Source: Botryllus schlosseri
Lineage: Eukaryota
NCBI GenBank assembly: GCA_051294905.1
Contig: CM119383.1
Coordinates: 2,852,001-2,916,000, forward strand
Direction of reading: 5' to 3'
Length of the DNA: 64,000 bases
Part shown: positions 24,745 to 36,539 of the stretch, one piece after another
Numbering within the stretch: position 1 is the first letter of the stretch
Layout: each line of letters begins with the position of its first letter
Program-made: the position numbers and the translations under genes
The notes under the pieces: model-generated
What the model saw: only the letters and a program-made list of their open reading frames with translations
The model's database searches: none
What the model was told of the DNA's origin: nothing

Positions 24745-26825
24745 GTCTCACCATACTTTGTCTTAGATCCAGAGATCGATGAACATGAACCCATATTCTG
24801 TATTAGAAGTCCAACATCAATACAAATACTATTCACGATTGCATACATTAACAAGAATGATAACGATGAAGGCAGGAACTACTATATAGAGTACTATACC
24901 GGAACCCTGCTAGGATAGAATGTAACCCACGATAAAAACAATTATGGCTGAACAAGTGAACAATCATGCCTTAAAAATATATGGAAGTGCTCCTGGCGAA
25001 ACGAAGTTACAAAATATATCTTCTGATCTTATATGTGTCACAGTAAACTCAAAACGACGGATCCGAGGTAAGGTGCCGTGTGCACCGGCGTGATGTTACG
25101 GCTGTAATCCGATACTTGCAAAACAAACCAAGAGGCAATTTGCTCAAGAATGCTTCGTCATTATGTCTGAGACCGGAATCGTATCTCCTCTCGGTGGCCT
25201 GCCTGAGTGCCTGGCCTGTACTGTAAACGACGATGATTATAATATCGATTTGACAATTTTGCGATTTTTGAATTTTTGCAATCATATCACTGTCGAATGT
25301 TATATTCCATAATATAATCAATATCTGATTAGTAGGGCGTTTTTTTTTTCATGTCAAAATTTGTAAAAATTTTGTCAAAGTTGTAGCGTTACATTCAAAA
25401 TTTTTTTGACGTCTGAATTTCGTTCGTATCGTAGATTTTGCACTGTCGGTTAACCTATCATTTGATATTTTACAGCTTGTAGCCTATTTTATAGGCCTAG
25501 CGTTGTAGACGGCTAATTGTCTGCTCATTGTGAATCATAAACGGTCAAATAAAACAAATAGGTAAACATGGTGTTATGATCAACTATAGATAACTAACCT
25601 ACGGTCCGTAGGTTAGTTATCCATAGATCAACGTACCGCAATGTCCTAACTGAAGAAAGACTTCTTGGGCATTGCATCATTCTTATATTAAGAAGCGCAT
25701 GATGAAAAATTGTGATGTTGACAACATTGTCAGAATGAAACAACACGGTGTGTCACCAGCAGTGTACGCACAACTTGAGTGTTGTCACCTAACAACTGCT
25801 GCTGTTGAACGACTTTGAACGGCAAGCTTTTTAGTAAGGACGTGCACTTTCTATCCAAGAATTTAGGAAAGTATCTCTCGTTGCACTACAATTTTTTTTA
25901 ATTATTTCTACCATAATACATATTGTAACCACTGGAATTCTCCATAGCGTCAGATTTCGTTAAAATATTGTTTTTTTCATGTAAAAAGTTGCCTGTTTCT
26001 GAGCCAAAAACGTTTTTTCAGGCCAAACTACTTCGTTAGGACAGCCAGTTCCTACCAGAAATGAAGATAAGTGGTGCAATTTCAACATTATGTGGGAAAA
26101 CACCTAATTTGAATACGTTTGGTCAAAACTCAGTTTGTTTAGGTAAAAAAAGTCAAATTTTCCTTTTTTTAGGTAAAAAATAAACGCCCTACTGATTAGT
26201 AATTTCCATGATTTCCCATTCATCGAATACAGAAAAATCAAACAAGAAGTGAATGAAGGTGAGTAAAGGCATAGAATGGCGCACTCTTGGCGAAATCGAT
26301 AAGAAAAGCTCATATATTTTTGACTTATTGTTGAAAACATTTTCAAATGGCTAGGCTTAGGCGAGAACAATGATCGTGATCAATTGATCATCCATATTTG
26401 TTCGGGACTCAATTGCCAAACTAATTCAGCACCAGCTGGCAATATACGACGCACAAGCGTACATCATCTCGATTGGGTTTTGCACTAGTAGACAGGGAAT
26501 GGTCGAGCCGACAACTAGGACAGGCCACAGCGGGCCCATTTACACGGTGACGGGCTCCGCAGCTGACTCGCTGCGTCGAGTCTCCCGTTTTCGAAGAAAA
26601 GAAATAACTGCGTTTCGAGTTAGAAATTTGCTCCCGATGTTTTTCAGTGCAGTAACAATTACCACTGGTATTTTCGCAGGGCCGTAACTTGTAACCAAGT
26701 CACAAGGTTCAGAATCGCACGTCAATCTAACTCTAATGGTTTTGACTCGAATTACGTCGAGTCATTCTCAATTCTCAACCGACTCAGGTCCAAATCAGGG
26801 ATCAGCGGGTCGAGTCCAAGTCATA
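24745..26825 (+). repeat. Second copy of the 19450-20880 duplication, interrupted by a family E element
   Basis: Same block order as 19450-20880, with an 859-bp insertion at 25333-26191. Confidence 0.85.
25333..26191 (+). mobile_element. Non-autonomous hAT element (family E), full length
   Basis: TIR tagggcgttt / aaacgcccta. Perfect 8-bp TSD ctgattag. Empty paralogous site at ~20221-20235. Degenerate TAAVER...GKLFSKD...KYLSLHYN remnant at ~25790-25895. Confidence 0.92.
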
Positions 26826-27017
26826 GTGTTTACTGTTCAGTATCGAGTTCAAATCAGCTTCAATTGACTTCTGTGTAAATCTTTTTCGTTACACTAACAC
26901 TGTTGCCCTACCTCGCCCAGACATTGCTTCATTGATCATTTGCTACCATCGCTAATTTTTCTTCTATTTTATTTTTTATCTATACTGTAACCTTTTTTAC
27001 AGCCAGACTGTTTAGAG

Positions 27018-29552
27018 CAGTGCTTTTCAACCTGTGTGACGGTTCGCACTGGTGCGAATGAAAAAAATTGCAGTGCGAATGACGAAGGTGGTGCGAATAG
27101 TGCGAATGAAAATCCGGATGAAGTGCGAATGACGAAGGTGGTGCGAATGGTGCGAATGAAAATCCGGATCAAGTGCGAATGAAAATCGTGGTTAATTGTT
27201 AACTTTTCTGACGTGAAATAATTCAAATAAACCTTATAGGAAATATAAGGTCAGCGTAACTTTTGCAATTGCGACGGAATTGTAAAACTTAATACGACGC
27301 ACCACTAATCGTAGCTCTCACAAGCCGTAGTGAATTTCCCGCACTATAATTATTACGTAACTCAACGCCTGGTTTTGAAGCTGGTTTAGTGGCAGTATAG
27401 AGATCTCTATAGTGCCAGACATACAGTATACCAGCCCGTCTGAGCCTGCGACAGGCTGGAAAAATGACTACAAATTGACTTTCTACTATATTTCGCTAAA
27501 CAATCGTCATATTTTCGTAATAACTGTTCGATAAGCGCGAGGCACGAGGAGACTAGGAAATACCATCATTACAGACTCACATTTGCAAGTTACTTTAACG
27601 CAAATTTTTACCCCTTCGAGGGTTATTAAAGTATGGACCGCAAAGGGTATAATTTTGGGTCGACACGGTGCTATCTGTTAATATGTATGTAATATTTATT
27701 GACTTTTGTGATAGTTTTTACATATACAAGGTCACTGTGTTGGGTACTATAGTCAATATGCGAGACACGCAGAAAATATAGCTTTATCATGAGAATTCAT
27801 GATAAGGTTTATCCGACTGTTTTTTCTGGAAAGCATGACTGTTGGGATGAAATAATGTAGGGGTGAGCAACGAGCGAGCTCAGGCATCTGAGATTTATTC
27901 ATTTCGAGGCTAACCCCTTCTGCGTCGGGACACATGAAGACGTAAAGTTTTGGCGAACAAACCGCTGGTAAACGGCGGCGCCAAAAACATATGCTGCGAC
28001 AAAACCTCAGTATAAAAATGACCGATGTTGGATGGCCAAACCTTTCGAAATGGATTGGATATATGCTCCGTTGTCGGAACGGAATAGTCCCATTCTCGCA
28101 ATCTGAGTAGGCAGTAGTACAACTGCGATACGCAGAGGAATTTAATTCGCCCTAATTTGAAATCGCGTGCGTCATACATGTTTTGTAGAGCTGCCTTGGG
28201 TAGAATTGTGGTGTTCGCGTTCTGTATGTCACACATGCCCGTAAAATCGTAGCATACAACTGTAATATCAAAAATGAGTTCCTTTTCATGGATAAGGCAC
28301 GGGTCGCGAGATGCCACAAAAACTCAAATTTTTGTGGTAGTCTAAATGCAACGTTACTGTTATTAAACTGTTATGAATTCCCAAGTTAGATTGAGCTAAT
28401 GAGTAAAACACACAGTATCGTGAGTTATTTGCTCTTCTCATAAACTCGCGAGACAGAAGTTGGAGCAACGTATCATATGGTAGCGAGCTCTAATGTGCCA
28501 TGGTCGTTTTGCACCTTTATGTTCCAGAGACGTAAGGCAAAAGCCTCAACACAAACATGTGGGTTTTCCATCCTTTCGAAAAACCGGAGCCTCGCGGGAC
28601 CTTTGTGTCAGCCAGGGTTGTAACCAAGTCACAAAGCTCCGAGTCACAAGTCAAACTCACTTTTATGGTTTTGACTCGAGTCAAGTCGAGTCATTTTCAA
28701 TTCACCACCGAGTCAAGTCCGAGTCCAAGTCATCGAACAAAGGTTCGAGTCCGAGTCATGGTATTATGACTCGAGTCCGAGTCCAAGTCATTGTGTTGCC
28801 TGCTCAGTTTCCAGTTAAAGTCTTCTTAAATCCACTTTTATGGCTCTGTTTGGTGATATCGAATGGTTAGCAATTATAATATACTAATTTTCCTCACTTT
28901 CAACAGTTTCGGGTCGCATTTTCAAGTACCAGTACCAATATACGAAATCCCAATAGGGTGGTTACTTTACTCTTCTTCGAAATGACAATGAAATGTCGGT
29001 CTTGGCCGTCTGATTCTCGAGTCATATGACTTGGTACAAGTCGAGTCGAGTCATTTTCGTATTTTGAGAAAATGACTCGAGTCAATTCGAGTCATCAGAA
29101 AATCGTGACTCGAGTCTGACTCGAGTCGAGTCATGACTCGAGTCATTACAATCCTGGTGTCAGCTCTCAAAAACGATTTCTGCCAGCAAGCATTTTTCAG
29201 GCGCGAAAAATTCGCTGTATTTTGGATAGTAGTGCAGAAGAGAATATAAAACCTGGTCATCCAAGCACTAGTAGACGTTCTTGTACAAATTCCCAACAAC
29301 ATTGTTTGGCCGAGAAGGGTTTTAGTGAAATAGTTGAAAGCAAAACGAGCGAAAAAAGTTGCTTTTTCAATGAGACACTTGATAGCTTAAGCTACATAGT
29401 AGTCAATTCGTTACACATCTGAACAAAATGTTGTTAAGTAGGCCTATCTTCTTCATCTTCTTTATGTATAACTATTTTCGATTAGTTTGTGCGAATGACA
29501 CTTATTTCACAAAAACAGTGCGAATGGAGCTCAAAAAGGTTGAAAAGCACTG
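27018..29552. mobile_element. 2.5 kb non-autonomous hAT (Buster-like) element with an unexplained interior and a nested B MITE
   Basis: TIR cagtgcttttcaacct / aggttgaaaagcactg. Perfect TSD gtttagag. Subterminal tgcgaat repeats at both ends (array 27050-27185; 29490-29527). Confidence 0.88.
28613..29156 (-). mobile_element. MITE family B, reverse orientation, nested
   Basis: TIR cagggttgtaa / ttacaatcctg. Perfect TSD gtgtcagc. Confidence 0.92.
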
Positions 29553-29718
29553 GTTTAGAGTCAAGTGTACCTGTTTGATGCTGGTGTGATCAGACTAGAT
29601 GACCTTCACGGTCTTATCGATCATTCTTATCTAATACCGAATACCGAATATGCAAGCATATTTTCTGTACCACCATTACTGCCGTGTGTTATGTATTTTG
29701 GTTGGATGAAAATAAAGA

Positions 29719-29746
<28 letters not shown>
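29719..29746. repeat. (CT)n microsatellite
   Basis: About 14 perfect CT units. Confidence 0.9.
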
Positions 29747-29749
<3 letters not shown>

Positions 29750-30510
29750 GTGATATCGAAGGCCATGGACTCATAACGCACTAGTTTTTCACACTCTAAA
29801 CGTACATAATTATAAACAGATAAAAGACAACAGACAGTTTCTGAAATTTTCGAATATGACATACCAACCCCGAATCAAGTCATATCGAATGTGTCGACTG
29901 TCGAGTCATACGCATGGACTCGAGTACAATGAGCACAAAATGACTCGAGTCAAGTCGAGTCAGGACTCGACTTATTACAACCCTGGTTGTAATGATATTC
30001 TTCATGCTATCATGTGCATGGCGAAGCTGTTTTATCTGCGATGTGACTGCTGATGGAATTATCCGATGGTTAGTTAGATATCAATAACAACAGCAGATAC
30101 GGCCGCCTTTGCGTAGTATTTGGCAGGCAAACTAGCATGTACTGTGCGCTTCCGTAAAAACCATTAACGGATTTCATTTCAAGTTCCCTTCTTGTGAAAG
30201 ATGATCACAGCTAAGCTGCCCATCGTTGACCACACAGCATTATAAGTCCGCAGACTATCGAATGTGACATGTCATATCATATCTTGTGGGATTGCCGAAA
30301 TTGGCAAGCCACAGACGAGCACGTTGATTGCGAAATGTCGTGTTGCATCTTGAATTACGAGATTTTATGTGAGCTCAAAGCGCCCTTGTGTGAGCTGTGG
30401 CAACAAAATGTTTTGAAATATCAATTTTGGCACTATGCGGTAATCGCATTCGAGAGAGCTCATTACCGATGGCGATTCTGATTTACCGCAATATTTTGTA
30501 GTGTTGCCCC

Positions 30511-30943
30511 TAGGGTTGCATTTAAAACAAACGGTGTTTTAAAATACTTCGTTTAAAACATGTTTTAAACAGTGTTTTAAACAAAGGCCTTTTAAAAAAA
30601 ATTGTGTAAGTCGTAAAATTATGCCACAATTGTGTAAATTCTTTCCAAACACATGTTTTCTGAGCCTACGGACAATTACCACCCGATATAGCCGACGTAT
30701 ATCGATATCGGATGGTTGGAACCCTCAAAATAGTCGCTTCAACATTAATAGTACAGATACTTCGTCAAATGAGCTATAATTACCCTACATTTTCAATTGT
30801 TAATGTCAATCCACTATGACATCACAATGGAAAATTCGTGACATCATGGCTTGAAAAAATAACAATACAAAACATGATTTAAATTAGGGTCTTGTTTTAA
30901 ACATGTTTGTTTTAAATCGATTTTTGTTATAAATGCAACCCTA
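30511..30943. mobile_element. hAT-type MITE
   Basis: TIR tagggttgcattta / taaatgcaacccta. TSD gttgcccc / gttgccgc (7/8). Confidence 0.82.
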
Positions 30944-32237
30944 GTTGCCGCTGGTGTAGATGACTATTGGAGTCGAAAGCTCCATAAAGGTCACAAACAA
31001 CGATGACGCATGCTATTTATGTAGTTGTAGGCAGCTATTACATACCACAATTTAAGGTATCTATGGATGGAAAATACATAGAATAACAGCTACATTAGTA
31101 AGGGAACGGATTTGCTCCGAATAACATATTGGCCGTCGCTACTACACAATTCACACAACACCGTCGGTTTCCGAAATCGATAGCTCGTTCCCTGTGATAC
31201 GATTGTCCGGTTGTTCGCGAATAGTGAGTGAGGCTGATTCGATTATGCCTCATCTGGCTATTGTTTCTCTGCACTGCCATTTTACGAAATAGACCCGAAT
31301 TTCACATTCTTTGGCGACTTTGAGGGTGTTCCGGGTTCCGGTGCTCTAAGATTGTTGATATTCGGATTTTCAGAATCGGTGTGAAACTAGCACTTGTTTG
31401 ATACCAAGTTATTAGGCCTACGAATTCTGAGTTGTTTATGATGATTTGCATTGCCGCAGGTGAGACACAACCCGCCCGTGCCTCACCTGCATGTGCCTCA
31501 CCCTCACCTCTCCTTTCGCGCTGTATTTTTTAACACTAAATATGAAAATTGGTGATGTTGGATAAAAAAAGATTCAAATTTAGTTATTCATGAACATCGA
31601 CGGTAAATATCCATAAATCGTGGAAGGCGCCACAATGTTCCTTTGCTAATCATGACGACCGGTGAGGCACTGCGTCACTTGCCTACCTGACCGCACGTCA
31701 CTGATAGTATTGATCACGTGGATGTTTGACGACTGAAAAATTGACTGGAAATTTTGTTCGGAGTCACAAGTTTATTCCAAATTATTCGTCGAGTCCGAGT
31801 CAATAAATGATGTCGTTCAGACTCGAGTTATCCCAACGCTAATACAAGATATCAATACACGAAGGTGATTAAACTGCAATAGGTATATAGTATGTTTTAT
31901 CGTAAGTATAGCGAAGAACCACGCTGTACTTTGATCGAACGCTAATACATGCTTACTAGAACGTCAATCGCATCCTGTATGAAATACTTTCAGACTACAT
32001 AATATTGCTGGTTGGAATATATCTACATCAGGAATACTATGAAATCCATGCACCAAACTTCGTGAGTGATTGTCGGTAGCCTACACTCTACACATAATGC
32101 GCCTGATGAAAACACAATTGCATGCACATTGAACATGCATCATTGAATACAACAAATGTGTGTTATGTGCGCAGGTAGGCCTATATGCAGGTCATTGGTA
32201 TTCCCATATACACTATATACTACTGTTTAGTGCACAG

Positions 32238-33690
32238 CAGGGGTGTCAAACATTAGGCCCGCGAGACGTTTTCATGCGGGCCAGCGAAGTAATTCTGGAT
32301 AAATTGAAAATTGCTTCTATTATCAAACACATCTAACAAAATCATAGACATTTAGTAACAAATACTTTCACCGTAATCCACGACAGTAAATGTCCAACAT
32401 CTTGTAGTCGGCCAAATTTTAATCATTGGACGGAAGTGTGGAGTTTTCACTGTAGTCACTATTAGGTACAATTCGTTGACATTGACGCGGAATTCCTAAA
32501 ATGGAAAAGGAGCTGTGCAAACTCAGTTCGTGATTTTTAGGAAAAAATGTGCCAAAAAAAGCTATTCACAGTCGAAAGCGCCAATGCGAAACCTGTGTAT
32601 GTAGCCTGTGTTACACACAGAATATAATAGTTACGCAAATCAAGTAATTACTTGTGGCTGCACTGCTGTATAACTCAGAAGAGGAACCCGAATGTTGATT
32701 TAATAATAATGAACCAATAAATTTCAACTTCCGCGTTTTCCGTGAAATCTCTTGTATACTCATCAAATCGTCATACGCATAACGAATGAAACAAAGGGTG
32801 CATAGAAATAAGCCGAATTATATATAGTCGAGAGCCAATGTTTTTAGCGGTTAATAGCTGTATTAAAACGGCCAATTATCGTATTTTTAGCAATTGCATT
32901 GTTTGCGAAGATAGGATTTGCTAGAATTGAGCCCATATGATCCGTAATAAAGTAAATTCTATATCAATGAGCCAGTTCTAGAGCTTCCGCGGAGATCAAG
33001 AGACACTCTCAGCTCATACATATGGTTTTGGATTATACGCCGGTCTTGGCGATCATAAATTGTAGGTAATTAGGGTCGACCAGGGGTGGCTTTGTTTTGT
33101 ACAAGGAAACTTTTGAAACATGGTAACTAATGAAACAGGGAAACAAATGAAAAAGGTAAACTTATGAAACGGGATTACTAATGAAACATGGAAGCTTATG
33201 AAATGATGAAACTTATTAAACTTTATTTTGTACAAGAAACTTATGAAACAAGGAAACTTGTGATATGCGATAGGCCTAATTATTCATTATGTTTTCGTGT
33301 TGTGTGAAAATTCTATTTTAATGGTTTTGTTGATGCACAGTTCGTTTTGTGCACCAGTAACGCATAGTAATGTATTAGATGAGTAGTCAGATGTGTATTG
33401 TGGTCGATTTTTGTTTCTATGACTCTGTGAAAATTTAGGGTTCCACGAAGGATTGAAGATTAGCGTAATTGTTACGCGGGTTGGTACAATATTATCAGGG
33501 ATATCTAGACTAGATAGTCTAGTCTAGATATCCCTGAATATTATGTATTGGCTTGATAATGGTAGCATTCCGGTGAGAAGCAAATGTATGTATGAGGACT
33601 GAGGAGGTAATAGTTTTAGTCATTTGACTGCCCACAAGGGATCAAAAGGTTTCAATCCGGCCCGCAACCAATTTGAGTTTGACACCCCTG
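32238..33690. mobile_element. hAT-type non-autonomous element (family F)
   Basis: TIR caggggtgtcaaac / gtttgacacccctg with ggcccgc subterminal motifs. No matching TSD. Contains an irregular aaacttatgaaac array (~33100-33265). Confidence 0.7.
33496..33536. mobile_element. 41-bp palindromic micro-element
   Basis: cagggatatctagactagatagtctagtctagatatccctg flanked by perfect 8-bp TSD aatattat. Absent from the paralogous site at ~24005-24020. Confidence 0.85.
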
Positions 33691-34240
33691 GCGTACTGTT
33701 GACAGTACACAGACAGTGTCTCTCGATACGCTCACTAGTCACGCGTTATTATATTTTAGTAAATGCCTGGACTTGGGAGTGCTATATCCTGTTGCGTTTT
33801 TATTGTGATTTACGTCAAGGAAACCGGGCGCGCTTTTGTTCCCCTGAAAAATGTGGATGATTCTTAACATTATCAAATTATCCCCGTGCAATCGACAATC
33901 TATTTTAGTCGCGCCATTGTTGTTGAAGTATTCATGCAAAACACACCTGTAGCTGCAACCGTGTGATCTCACAGACAGCGTTTTTGCGAACTTACACCTA
34001 CCAGCACATTTACCAGCATCGAAAATAGAAAGAGGGTCTACTACACTTAGTAGAGCGCAAATGCATTCGACATTGATGAAACGAAACTAATGGATATGGT
34101 ACTTGTGTCTATAGAGCAATATATAATTGCTGTTAAATTGCTGTGGCTTAGAAATAATTATATATGGTTTTATGTCCTAGAGAGTGGAGATATGTACTAG
34201 AATTGATAGCCGTATTGTTACATGATAGCTACAACTGAGC

Positions 34241-36488
34241 ATGCTAAAAGACGGAGTGTTCGTAATTATTGCGATTAGTTGCGCTGAAGGTCTACTCAAT
34301 TCCAATGAGGGTAAGAAGAAATTGCTATCCTTACTTGCCTAAATTTGACTAAACCTCTCATGGAATGCATAAATTAGCATTACCAGAGTTGAGACGGTGG
34401 GAAATACAGTATCATAACACGAGGTACATGTCATCAAACAACAGCCGATACTGCATTGCAGGCAATAATATAACTATAGTGTGATTTATTGTCATTCTGA
34501 AGATCAAATACCAAAGCTAGACGGCTAATCTATCCAGAATTTACTGACCTCGGACTTTGGTGCTGGTAGAGAATTAGCTACTGTCCACCCATGTTTCGTT
34601 AAATTTCTTGTAACTTATCCTACACCTACACTACAGTCATCGAACAAACCTCGGAATATATTAGCGGTGATATCCTGGAAATGTCTTACGTCTTAATCAG
34701 TCATAATATTCTTAGACCGTATATTTTACACCTCAACGGGTCATTGTTCATTTAAAGAGGTTAAGGTTCTAATCGTCGGTGTGTCACTGTGAATGATAAA
34801 GCCTAACTTACTGATCAAAGGCCTTATTGGAAATTTACCAACTTTATGGATAACGCAAATTCCCATGTGCAGATTGTGCACACTCTTTTTCGAGTTGATC
34901 AATGCGCTTATTTTCTGAAGTGCAATATATAACATGCCAGGAAAATAGTATAACCTGTGTATCATTCCCCACGCTCAGACTTTCAGAAGAGTGTATGAAG
35001 TGCCAATTTTTATCAAGCAACCTTGCAATATTCCACTTACAGTAATGACGTCGACCTTAAATTTAGACGTCGATGCCTGCGAGTCTTCTGTATGTTCTGG
35101 AAATGCTGCCGGCACTGATGGATCTCAAGGCTGTGCTTGCACATGCAGTGAGCATTGCACAAAAGATGGTTGTAGCTGCAAGCGTGAGTCGGAATTTTAA
35201 TAGGTGTAGCCTACTCAGCCAATACAGTTTTTGTAGTTGTATCAGGAATGCTTCACAGCGGCATGGTGTCGCAGTCGACTAAATTCATTTATCTGATCCG
35301 AAATTTCGTAATTTCCAGCATATGTCGTCTTCAGCGATTATTCCGTGAATGCAACAATATCGAGCCTTCATATAAACTTTTACATTACCCCGCGTTGGAG
35401 GACGACAGAGTACATTGAACTTTTTCATATTGAAATTTCCGGAAGCAAACACAAACAAGTATACAACAACGTGACGCTGGCCGACTTGAATGATGGCGTA
35501 AGTAATAGCAAATTCGCAAATCTATCACAATTTTAAACGAAAGGAATAAGCATAAGCATGGCCCGTGTACGCCCAGCAGTGGTTCGGTGCCTACGATAGG
35601 CCCCGAGCGATTCTTAACCTGAGGCGCTACAGGAGCATTTTGAATCAGACCATGGACCTTTCATTATTATTATGGAATTTGTGAAAAGTTTAATGCTGGT
35701 TGTCCCATCATTCCAGCCATATATATTCATAGTCTGCTGACAAAGGCATTGATGCTACTCTGATGGTATTAACGAATATGTTATCATTCATTTATCAGAA
35801 GAATCTCCCCGTTAACGGTCTGGAACCCTACACGCCGTATAAGATATCTGTAAAGGCGGTCAAAACAAACAAGTCGGCGGTCTTCAACAACACTCTGGGT
35901 ACTAAGGAAGTTTTCACGGCAAATTCAAGTAAGAGCTTCGCATAATCGAAATGAGTTGATATCGCTTCTGAATAACATTGATTTCGTCAGCGGCCGCAAC
36001 CCCAAAGAATGTCATCGTGACAAACGGAACCAGAGATCGTGCTACCATCACGTGGGAAAAACCTATTGAAATAGGATACGGAGTGGTTATATCGTATGAG
36101 CTGTGCTGTACACTAGCAAACGATTCCGCAACCAATAATTTGGCAGAAGCGCGAAACGTATCGTTGGAGCAGCAAGTGAGCGTTTCTACACCGCCATTTT
36201 AAATGTTGTACATTGCAGTTATGCCGTACCGTATATATTATATACCAGACCCGGGCAAAGTGAGGTCCGCGGAGCTATTCTGAGCGGCCCGCGAAAAGTT
36301 ACTTGGAATTCAGAACATAAAACCTTCTTTTTATTATTTCCGCGAGGACTAAAACCTGAGGCTGTAAACTGAATCTAAAATCCGTTCACGTTCAAGCCTG
36401 TTCATTAATATGCCGCGATTACACAGCCTATGTAGCCTACCTCGCACGCGCAATCTGATAAAATTGCTAATAAACCAATGATGATGAT

Positions 36489-36539
<51 letters not shown>

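Noticed and set aside
27389-27417. Small hairpin tggcagtatagagatctctatagtgcca
   Set aside because: No TSD or second copy, so it cannot be called a micro-element.
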